Positions 56,353 to 64,000 of a DNA stretch of 64,000 bases are shown here, one piece after another. A model generated the notes under the pieces. That model worked only from the letters and a program-made list of their open reading frames with translations, was not told the DNA's origin and searched no databases. The stretch comes from Spirochaetia bacterium (GTDB taxonomy: Bacteria; Spirochaetota; Spirochaetia; SZUA-6; Bin103): contig OZ241863.1 of assembly GCA_965203055.1 (NCBI GenBank), positions 2,368,001-2,432,000 of the forward strand. The letters are read 5' to 3'. Position 1 is the stretch's first letter, and each line of letters begins with the position of its first letter. The position numbers and the translations under genes were made by a program.

Positions 56353-57516
56353 CTAGCCGTTCACCACCTGGATCACGCTGCCGTCGTCCACCTGCCGGTG
56401 GCCGGCGGTGATCAACCGTTCGCCGGCGGCGAGGCCGGCGGTGACCACCACCTGATTGGCGTAGGAAGACCCCAACTCCACCGCCCGGGCGCGCGCCGTC
56501 ACGGTGTCGTTGCGCCGCTCGGCGATGAACACCTGAAAGCCGTTCTCGGTGCGCTGCACCAGGTCCTGCGGCACCACGATCACCTGCTCCTGGCGCACGC
56601 GCTCCACCTGCACGTTGGCCACCATGCGCGGGCGGATCAGGTACTCGGCGTTGTCGAGAACCACCTCGATCGGAATGGTGCGGCTGCGCGGGTCGACGCT
56701 GGTACCGACGAACTGGATGCTGCCGCGGAACTCGCGCCCCTCCAGTACGTCGAAGGTGATGAGCGCCGCGGCCCCCGGTTTCACCGCCAGGGCGTAGCGC
56801 TCCGGAATCCCGGCCACCACCTTGACCTGATCGGTGGCCAGCACCCGCAGCAGGCGCGTGCCCGGGGCCACCAGTTCGCCTGCCTCCACGTACTGCTCGT
56901 CGAAGATGCCGGTGATCGGCGAGGCAACCACGGTGCGCGCCAGCCGGGTCTCCAGCACCTTGAGGCGGGCGGCGCTGGAGGCGGCCTGCGCCTTCAGCTC
57001 CAGGAGGGCGATCTCGGTGCCGATCCGCTGCTGCTGCCACAGGCGGCGCTGGCGCTCGTAGCGCTCGGCGGCGACGTCGGCCAGCGCCTGCGCCTCCTCG
57101 ACCTGCGCGCCCAGCAGCTCGGCGCTGATGCGGGTCACCGGCTGGCCGCGCACCACCCGCTCCCCCTTGTCGGCCAGAAACGCTGCCACGGTGCCGGACT
57201 CCTGGACCGACACCGTGACGTCGTGCAGCGCCTCCACTTCGCCCACCACGCGGATGTACTGCACGAAGGTGGAGGGCGCCACCGGCGTCACCTCGGCGTT
57301 CACCACCCGCGCCCCGGCGGACGATGCGGCAGGCGGGGCGGCCGCGGCGGCAGCCGGCTCGGCCGGGGCGGGAGGCGCGCCTTCCTCCCCGGCGGCAGCG
57401 TCCGCGGCCGGCGGACCGCCGCCCGCCAACTGGACGCACTCCGCGGCCGTGAGAGCGAGCAGCAGCGCCGCGCCCAGCGCGAGACTGCGCCAAGTGCGCC
57501 AAGTCGGTGCCCGCAT
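56353..57516 (-). CDS. RND periplasmic adaptor (membrane fusion protein)
   Basis: Lipoyl halves (KGERVVRGQ, SPITG), VDPRSRT, RPRMVA, GLAAGE. Confidence 0.93.
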   Translation of the reverse strand: MRAPTWRTWRSLALGAALLLALTAAECVQLAGGGPPAADAAAGEEGAPPAPAEPAAAAAAPPAASSAGARVVNAEVTPVAPSTFVQYIRVVGEVEALHDVTVSVQESGTVAAFLADKGERVVRGQPVTRISAELLGAQVEEAQALADVAAERYERQRRLWQQQRIGTEIALLELKAQAASSAARLKVLETRLARTVVASPITGIFDEQYVEAGELVAPGTRLLRVLATDQVKVVAGIPERYALAVKPGAAALITFDVLEGREFRGSIQFVGTSVDPRSRTIPIEVVLDNAEYLIRPRMVANVQVERVRQEQVIVVPQDLVQRTENGFQVFIAERRNDTVTARARAVELGSSYANQVVVTAGLAAGERLITAGHRQVDDGSVIQVVNG

Positions 57517-57519
57517 CCC

Positions 57520-59046
57520 CTACTCCGCCGCCCGCGCCGGCGCGAGGTCGGCCAGCGGCACCTGGCCCACCGCCGCCTCTAGCTGCGACGCCGCGGCCAG
57601 GTAGTCGTGCGCCGCCTGCGCGTAGTTGACCTGAGTCCCCAACAGGGTGGACTCGGCCGCGGTGACGTCGAGCCGGCTGCCCAGGCCGGCGCGGTAGCGC
57701 GCCGCCGCGATGTCGTAGCTCCGTTGCGCCTGCTCGATCGACTGCAGTTGACTTGCCGCGCGCAGCCGGGCCTCCTGCAAGTTCCCGACCAGCGTGCTTA
57801 CCTGATAGCGCATCTCCAGTTCCGCCTGGCGCAGGGTGACCGCGGCCTGGCGCACCGCCTCGCGCCGCTGCGCGACCCGGGCGTCCCGCGCGAAGCCGTC
57901 GAAGATCTGCCACTGCACGGTCATCCCGGCGGAGGCCGACAGTTGCCATTGGGAGTACCAGTAATCGTAATTGTCGGGGCGGGCCTGCGTGCCGTAGTGG
58001 TCATCGGCGTCCTCGTCGGCGGAGCGAAAGTCCACGGCGCCGAAGGCGCGGATGGTCGGCAGGTATTCCGCCTCCTGGACGGTGAGCTGCAACCCGCTGA
58101 TCCGCTCCAGGGTACGGAGCTGGCGCAGATCGGAGCGGTCGGTCATGGCGGTCCGCCAGAGCTGCTCGGCCTCCGCCGCGGCCAGCCGCGCGGCCCCGGA
58201 AGCCGCCAGCAGATCCGCGTTGGCGGGGGAGTTGACCGACCCCGCGGCCAGCCGCAGCTCGCTCAGCGTCCCTTGCAGCGCTACCTCCCGCGACGGATCG
58301 TCGCCCATCGCTACCAGCAGCGACCCGCGCGCTGCGGCGATCTGATTCCTCGCCTGCAGCAGGCCGGCCTCCAGATTGGCGAGCTGCACTTCCAGGAGCA
58401 GCAGTTCATCTTCGGCGGCCAATCCCTCCCGCTCGCGCGCCCGGGCCTCGCGCAGGGTCTGCTGCAGCCGCGCGATGCTCTGCTCGGTCAGGCGCTCCCG
58501 TTCCTGCGCCAGCAGGACGGCGAAGTAGCGCCGCCGCACCAGGTCGACGAGCTGCTGCGCCGCGCCGCGCAACTCCTCGCCGCGCAGCTCGCGCAGGCGC
58601 TCGGCGGCCTGCAGGCCGCTGAACACGCGCAGGTCGAGCACCGTCTGGTTCAGCCTCAGCGCCGCGGACCAAGCGTTGTCGATGCTCTGCTGCGACTCCA
58701 CGACCTCGGTCTTCTCCACCTCGGTCGTATCCTTCGTCGCGGTCTTACGGCTCAAGACCTGCTCCAGGCCGTCGGCGGAGCGGCGGTAGGTGGCTTCCAC
58801 GGTGGCCTGGGGAAATACCCCGCCGTAGGCTTCGTCGATCTGCAGCTCGGCGACGCTGATTGCCGAACGCGCCGCCTGCAGCCGGGCGCTGTTGGCCAGG
58901 GCAACCGCAACCGCGGAGCGCACCGGCAGCGCGCCGGAACCGGGCAGCGTCTGGCCGAAGCCGGGCAAGACGCTGACTCCAAGAACGACGGCTACGGCAA
59001 GTGAGTGTGAGCAGTGATGTGAGATTGAGTGGAGCGAGGTTGACAA
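57520..59046 (-). CDS. TolC-family outer membrane efflux protein
   Basis: AVAVALANS, FPQ/YLPT repeats, WQIFDG, RYRAGLGSRLDV; start uncertain. Confidence 0.9.
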   Translation of the reverse strand: MSTSLHSISHHCSHSLAVAVVLGVSVLPGFGQTLPGSGALPVRSAVAVALANSARLQAARSAISVAELQIDEAYGGVFPQATVEATYRRSADGLEQVLSRKTATKDTTEVEKTEVVESQQSIDNAWSAALRLNQTVLDLRVFSGLQAAERLRELRGEELRGAAQQLVDLVRRRYFAVLLAQERERLTEQSIARLQQTLREARAREREGLAAEDELLLLEVQLANLEAGLLQARNQIAAARGSLLVAMGDDPSREVALQGTLSELRLAAGSVNSPANADLLAASGAARLAAAEAEQLWRTAMTDRSDLRQLRTLERISGLQLTVQEAEYLPTIRAFGAVDFRSADEDADDHYGTQARPDNYDYWYSQWQLSASAGMTVQWQIFDGFARDARVAQRREAVRQAAVTLRQAELEMRYQVSTLVGNLQEARLRAASQLQSIEQAQRSYDIAAARYRAGLGSRLDVTAAESTLLGTQVNYAQAAHDYLAAASQLEAAVGQVPLADLAPARAAE

Positions 59047-59175
59047 GGTTGATCTTGGCCTGGGCGGCGTCGTTGTTCGCAGACAGCGGCAACGTACCGC
59101 CGGCCAAGCGCGAAGTCAAACGCACCCCTTGCTCCCGCGGCCCCGGAGGACGCCCCCGCCCGCCGCCCGCGGGGC

Positions 59176-60021
59176 TCAGCCGGCGCGGCGCTCGGGCCGC
59201 CGATTCGGGGTGCGTTCCAGGCGTTGCGGCGGCGCGACGATGCTGCGCCGGCGCGGCGTCAGGCGCGCGAGCAGCTCGGGCGAAGGCTGGTAGCCATGGC
59301 GGAAGTTGCCCCACGACGGCCCGTAGCGGTTCACCACCACGCGCCGCTCGCCGGGGTTGGTGCGCGGCGCCGAGCCGTGGGTGCAGCAGTCCACGAACAG
59401 CAGCGCGTCGCCGGCCCGCAGGTGCACCTCCACCGCGCCGGCAATCGCGGCCGCGGAGGGACGCCCGGCCACGCCCATGGCGAAGCGGGCGAAGTGGGGA
59501 TGCTCGAAGTTGCTCTTGTGGGAGCCGGGGATCAGCACCGTGCCGCCGTCGCCGGGGCCGATGTCGGTCAGCGCCGCGAGCACGTTGATCTGGTTGCAGT
59601 GGAACTTGCCGTTCAGGACCCGGAACTGGCAGCGGCTCAGCCCCAGGTGACCGCCGTTGTGCAGCCCGATAGCCTCGCCGGGGCCGCGAAAGTTGGCGAA
59701 GTTCTCGTCGATGAACAACGGCCCGTGGTGCTCGTCGAAGGAGCCCTCACCGCCAACGAAGTAGCGCGCCTTGTCGAACCACGCGGCATGGTCGATCAGC
59801 CTCTCGAAGGGCGCGCCGGCCTCGTAGATCTGCTGGTAGTTGAGGCCGTCGTGGTCGCCGAAGCTGTGGCCGTGCACGTAGCCGTACCACTCCCCGACCG
59901 CCAGGCGCGGCAGCGCGTCCAGGCAATCGTTCAACTCCCGCACCTCGCGCGCTGACAATGCTCCCCGCAGCACCAGGAAGCCTTGCAGATCGAAGAAGTA
60001 GATGTCCTGTTCGGTCACCAT
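59176..60021 (-). CDS. PhyH-family Fe(II)/2OG enzyme with HxG motif
   Basis: YFFDLQGFLVLRGAL, LHNGG, DGGTVLIPGSHK, AGDALLF..HGS..N...R. Confidence 0.88.
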   Translation of the reverse strand: MVTEQDIYFFDLQGFLVLRGALSAREVRELNDCLDALPRLAVGEWYGYVHGHSFGDHDGLNYQQIYEAGAPFERLIDHAAWFDKARYFVGGEGSFDEHHGPLFIDENFANFRGPGEAIGLHNGGHLGLSRCQFRVLNGKFHCNQINVLAALTDIGPGDGGTVLIPGSHKSNFEHPHFARFAMGVAGRPSAAAIAGAVEVHLRAGDALLFVDCCTHGSAPRTNPGERRVVVNRYGPSWGNFRHGYQPSPELLARLTPRRRSIVAPPQRLERTPNRRPERRAG

Positions 60022-60030
60022 TTCCGTTTG

Positions 60031-60130
60031 ACGGTAGACCGCGCCGCGGCGGCGGTCAAGACCGCGCCGGGCGAACGGGTCGAACGGGGTCGAACGGTCG
60101 ATTGACTGCGGCGCGCGGCGGTGCGATGCT
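60031..60130. promoter_or_regulatory. Divergent promoters flanking three CGAACGG direct repeats
   Basis: Minus TTGACC-17-TACCGT (60059-60031); plus TTGACT-17-GATGCT (60102-60130); repeats at 60072, 60081, 60091. Confidence 0.5.
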
Positions 60131-60136
60131 CGCGCC

Positions 60137-61018
60137 ATGTTGAGCAGCCGGCAGGTGCAGTCGTATCGCGACCACGGGTACTTGGCGGTCCCGGGCGTGC
60201 TGAGCGCCGCGGAGGTGGCCGAGCTGCAACGCGTCACCGACGAGCTGGTGGACGCGAGCCGCGGCGTGGCGGCGCACACCGACGTCTATGACCTGGAACC
60301 GGGGCACTCGGCGGCGGAGCCGCGGGTGCGGCGCATCAAGTCGCCCGACCTGCAGCACGAGGTCTACGCCCGGACCCTGCGCCATCCCGCCATCCTCGAC
60401 CTCGTCGAGCAGCTCATCGGTCCCGGCGTGCGCTACCGGAGCACCAAGCTGAACCTGAAGTCGGCCGGCTACGGCAGTCCGGTGGAGTGGCACCAGGACT
60501 GGGCGTTCTACCCGCACACCAACGACGACATCCTGGCGGTGGGGGTGTGCATCGACGCCATGAGCGACGCCAACGGCGGCCTGCTGGTGGTGCCGGGCAG
60601 CCACCGCGGCCCGCTCTACGATCATCACCAGGACGGCTGGTTCGTGGGCGCCATCACCGGCGCCGAGGTGGATTCCGCGCAGGTGGCGCAGCTAGAGGTC
60701 CCGGCCGGCGGCATCAGCCTGCACCACGTGCGTACGGTGCACGGTTCGGTGCCCAACCGGTCGCCGCGGCCGCGCCGCCTGCTGTTGTTGGAGCTGTGCG
60801 CGGTCGATGCCTGGCCGCTGCTGGACATGCCCGGTCTGGAAGCGTTCGACGCCCGCATCCTGCGCGGCTCGGCCACCGTCACGCCGCGCCTGGAGGCGGC
60901 GCCGGTGCGCATCCCGCTGCCCGCCCACGAGCGCCGCGGCTCGATCTACGAAGTGCAGAGCAAGCTGGCGCGCCCGGTACTCGCCGGCGCCGGTCAGCTC
61001 AGCCCCGATACTCGGTAG
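60137..61018 (+). CDS. Phytanoyl-CoA dioxygenase family protein
   Basis: YRDHGYL, WHQDW, NGGLLVVPGSH, HGSVPNRS..R. Confidence 0.93.
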   Translation: MLSSRQVQSYRDHGYLAVPGVLSAAEVAELQRVTDELVDASRGVAAHTDVYDLEPGHSAAEPRVRRIKSPDLQHEVYARTLRHPAILDLVEQLIGPGVRYRSTKLNLKSAGYGSPVEWHQDWAFYPHTNDDILAVGVCIDAMSDANGGLLVVPGSHRGPLYDHHQDGWFVGAITGAEVDSAQVAQLEVPAGGISLHHVRTVHGSVPNRSPRPRRLLLLELCAVDAWPLLDMPGLEAFDARILRGSATVTPRLEAAPVRIPLPAHERRGSIYEVQSKLARPVLAGAGQLSPDTR

Positions 61019-61910
61019 GGACCGCCTTCGCCGCCACCTCGCGCCGGTAGCCCTTCCAGTAGTACTGGAAGCGCTCCGACTTCCAGCCGGCGTATACCTC
61101 TTCCCAGGTGAGCCGGCCCTGGTGGACGCCCAGGTTCTTTTCCATGATCTTGTCATCCGGCTTCTGGTAGCGGTAATCGACCGACAGGCGAATGCGGTTG
61201 CCGGAGACGTTCGGCAGGCCCTGATGCACCGTCTTGCTGTGAAAGAAGAGCGTGTCGCCGCACTCGAACGGGCTGGACCGCCAATCGCCGTCGAGACACG
61301 CGGCCTCGACCCGCAACCCGCCCGCTCCCTTTGCCTGGTGGACCGGCAGAATGCCGCGGCGGTGAGACCCGCGCAGCACGGCCAGTCCGCCGAGCTCCGC
61401 CGGACACGCGCCGAGCGGAATCCACGCGGTCCACACCTCGGGCGTACCCTGCACCAGAATGAAGTCCTGATGCGGCGGCGTGGTGTACTCGAGCCTGGTG
61501 GGAAACATCACCCGCGCAATGGTGCTCGGTTGCGGCATACCGGGCGCGCCGAGCAGCGCCTCCGCAACCCGCAGCAGCGCCGGATGGTGGGCCATGGTCT
61601 GGAACGATTCCAGCTTCTGGATGGTGTCGTAGATGGGGATGAACTCCGGCGTCCCCGTCAACTTCGCCTCCTGAGTGGAGATCGCGGCGCCGGGGTCGGT
61701 GCCGGCGTCGAGCCAGCCGACGGCGTCGAGAATCGCCGTGACGTCGCTCCGCACCTGCCCGATCTCAGCTTCCGGGACCAGCCCGCGGAAGAACACGTAG
61801 CCCTCCTCCTGCGCGCGGGCGCGCAGGGCGGAGGGTTGCGCGATGAGTTCGCCGCTCACCGCGAACGGCGCGCACGGCCGCCGCTCGGTGCCGATCTGAA
61901 CCGTAGTCAT
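60999..61910 (-). CDS. Phytanoyl-CoA dioxygenase family protein
   Basis: EEGYVFFRG, TPPHQD, WTAWIPLG, GGLAVLRGSH, TVHQGLPN, RLSVDYRYQ. Confidence 0.92.
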   Translation of the reverse strand: MTTVQIGTERRPCAPFAVSGELIAQPSALRARAQEEGYVFFRGLVPEAEIGQVRSDVTAILDAVGWLDAGTDPGAAISTQEAKLTGTPEFIPIYDTIQKLESFQTMAHHPALLRVAEALLGAPGMPQPSTIARVMFPTRLEYTTPPHQDFILVQGTPEVWTAWIPLGACPAELGGLAVLRGSHRRGILPVHQAKGAGGLRVEAACLDGDWRSSPFECGDTLFFHSKTVHQGLPNVSGNRIRLSVDYRYQKPDDKIMEKNLGVHQGRLTWEEVYAGWKSERFQYYWKGYRREVAAKAVPTEYRG

Positions 61911-61993
61911 TGCCGCGGCATGGTAGCGCGGCGGGCGGAAGTGCGCAAACTCGCGCGCGGCGGCGCGCGCCGCCGCACTCCGCCGGCGGGTCG

Positions 61994-64000
61994 CTACCGC
62001 CGGGCCGGGGCCGCAGCGGCTGCCGCGGACCGCCACTCCAGCGTCACCGGAGCCGCCACGGTGCGGCGGAGCTGCACCAGCGCCGCGGCGCCGCCGTCCG
62101 GCCAGGCCTGCCACCGGTAGTCGGTCCCCGGCGCCAGCGGCCGGCCGCCGGCGGCGCCGGCCAGCGCCGCCGGCGCGTCCCCCGGCCCGTCCGCCAGTCC
62201 GTCCGCCAGCCCGTCGATGAGAAACACCGGCCGGTGCCGGGGAATGGTTCCCGGATCGAAGGTGAAGCTCACCGCCCCGGCCTCGGCCCGCAGCCGATAG
62301 GCGCCCAGGCCGCGGTCGAAGCAGCCGGCCAGCGCCAGCCGCGCCGCCGGTTGCTCCTGCGCCGCGTCAGCGCGCACCAGGGCGCCGCGCTGCGGCGTGA
62401 GCCGGGCGGGCTGCCGGAACTCGGCGCGCAACCGGAGCGCGGCGGCTTCGGCGGCGGCGGTGTCGGCCCCGGGGAGCCAGGCGCAGGCGATCCAGAAGCC
62501 ATACTCGGTGCCCGGTACCGTGGGGGCCGCGCGCAGGTCGTGGCTGGCGGTGAGGCGGCGCGGGCATTGCCAGCCGAAGGCGCGCCCGGGCGCGGACCCG
62601 GCCACGTTGCGCAGCCCGCCCACTACCGCGATCAGATGCCCGGCCGCAGCGCCGGCGCGCACCGGGAACGCCAGCGCCACCGGGTACAGTTCGGCGCACG
62701 GCGCCGCGGCCACGGTCGCCATGGCGTCGCCGACGGGCAGCCGCCAGGGCCGGAACCGGCGCTCGGCGCCGGGCGCGAAGCGCGCCGGTCCGGTGAGGGC
62801 GCGGGCCAGCAGATCGAAGTCGGGCCCGACGCTGCGCCGCACGCGCACCGCCACCCAGTCCGCCACCACGATCCGATCGTCGTAGAACGCCGCGCTGCCG
62901 CGCGCGTAGCCGCGCAGGTCGGCGTCCTGTTCCACGCAGCGCGGCATCGGCCCGCGCCAGCGCACCAGGTCGGCCACCGGGCCTCGGGCCAGCAGGTCCA
63001 GCGCCGCCCCCTGGGTGAACTTGATCTCGGAGCCGCCGATATGGCCGACCTGCAGCCCGCTCTCCCAGAACGGGTTGGTGTCCGGATCGAACGCCGCCGG
63101 GCGGCCGGGAGCCGGCGCCAGATGCAACCGCTGGATGTTGCCGGCGCGCACCAGCGCGGCGTAGGCGCCGCGCCGGACCGCGTGCTTCGCCACCCACTGA
63201 CTGGACGCCGCGGCGAAGGAGTGCCACACGGGCGGCGTTGCGGCCGGGTCGGCCTCCGCAAACAGACCGACGACCTCCACGCCCCCCAGGTAGCCGTCGC
63301 AGGCGCTCAACCGCACCTCCCCGTCCAGGGCCACCTCGTGGCGGGTGCCGTTGAAGTGCCAGCGCAGCTCGCCGCGCGGGGCGGCGGCGGCCACCTGGGC
63401 CGCCGCCAGCACGCGCGGCCGGGAGGCGGGATCGGCGGCCGCGGCGCGCCGCTCCAGCCGCAGCGTCAGCCCGGCGCCGGCGCGCCGGAGGGTGAGCCGG
63501 ATGTGGTTGCCGTCGCTGTAATGGCGGGCGATCAGCCCCCAGGCGGCCTTCGAGCCGGCGCCGGGGGCGGTATAGCGGGCGCTGAGGGCGGCGTGCATCG
63601 CCGCCTCCACGAACAGGTAGGCGCAGCCGCCGGGGGGCGCTCCGGCAGGCGCGGCCGCGTCTGCCGCGTCTGCCGGACGCCCGGCGACCGGCGCGATACC
63701 CGGCCCGGGGCCGGCCTGCCGGCGCCAGGCGCCGTCGCCGTGCCACGCCGCGGCGCGCGGCAGCCAGGCGCGCTGCGGCGCCGCGAAGTCCGCCTCCAGA
63801 CGCAGTTGCGCCGCGACCTCGAACCGGCCGCCGGCCGCGGGCGCGGCGCCGGGAGCGGGAGGCGCGGGCAACCGGCGCGGAGCGCCGGGCGGCGCCTCCG
63901 CTGCCGCCGCGGTAACCAGGTAGCCGCCGGGCGGCAGCACGCTCCAGCCGCGGCCGGGGCCGACGAAGCGCCCGGCGCGCACGTCAACGGGCACCGCGTC
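61994..64000 (-). CDS. Large hypothetical protein, 5' end probably outside window
   Basis: Long open frame with non-low-complexity blocks (FWESGLQVGHIGGSEIKFTQG); no family recognised. Confidence 0.6.
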   Translation of the reverse strand, partial: DAVPVDVRAGRFVGPGRGWSVLPPGGYLVTAAAAEAPPGAPRRLPAPPAPGAAPAAGGRFEVAAQLRLEADFAAPQRAWLPRAAAWHGDGAWRRQAGPGPGIAPVAGRPADAADAAAPAGAPPGGCAYLFVEAAMHAALSARYTAPGAGSKAAWGLIARHYSDGNHIRLTLRRAGAGLTLRLERRAAAADPASRPRVLAAAQVAAAAPRGELRWHFNGTRHEVALDGEVRLSACDGYLGGVEVVGLFAEADPAATPPVWHSFAAASSQWVAKHAVRRGAYAALVRAGNIQRLHLAPAPGRPAAFDPDTNPFWESGLQVGHIGGSEIKFTQGAALDLLARGPVADLVRWRGPMPRCVEQDADLRGYARGSAAFYDDRIVVADWVAVRVRRSVGPDFDLLARALTGPARFAPGAERRFRPWRLPVGDAMATVAAAPCAELYPVALAFPVRAGAAAGHLIAVVGGLRNVAGSAPGRAFGWQCPRRLTASHDLRAAPTVPGTEYGFWIACAWLPGADTAAAEAAALRLRAEFRQPARLTPQRGALVRADAAQEQPAARLALAGCFDRGLGAYRLRAEAGAVSFTFDPGTIPRHRPVFLIDGLADGLADGPGDAPAALAGAAGGRPLAPGTDYRWQAWPDGGAAALVQLRRTVAAPVTLEWRSAAAAAAPARR

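Overview
Very GC-rich bacterial chromosome segment. Gene order and protein motifs indicate a spirochaete (class Spirochaetia); three clustered PhyH-family dioxygenases hint at a marine-invertebrate (sponge-type) symbiont, which is inference only. About 7.4-34 kb is one minus-strand run: mraZ-rsmH-ftsL-murF-ftsW-ftsQ-ftsA-ftsZ-xerD-dprA-xerC-hslV-hslU, then a heavily pruned flagellar cluster (fliF-fliM-fliN-fliO-fliP-fliQ-fliR-flhB-flhA-flhF-fliA) and two LysM/M23 peptidases. Rod, hook, stator, ATPase, fliG and flhG genes are absent from their usual positions. The retained genes are intact but show function-specific losses: FlhB lacks the NPTH autocleavage motif, the FlhA cytoplasmic domain appears cut to subdomain D1, and FliM lacks its CheY-binding peptide. 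This suggests a repurposed, non-motility export/membrane platform. Other housekeeping genes are pgeF, bioY, nnr, secA, recN, nadK, pcm, tRNA-Ile, ahcY, adk and metG. The accessory region (46-64 kb) has a frameshifted repeat lipoprotein, an Rpn nuclease with an internal antitoxin-type start, an RND efflux pump, PhyH enzymes (one with a halogenase-like HxG motif), and a lower-GC island where a strong sigma70 promoter drives a ~200-nt structured leader plus two uncharacterised genes (candidate RNA-associated toxin/defence module). All calls are by eye; no database searches were run.
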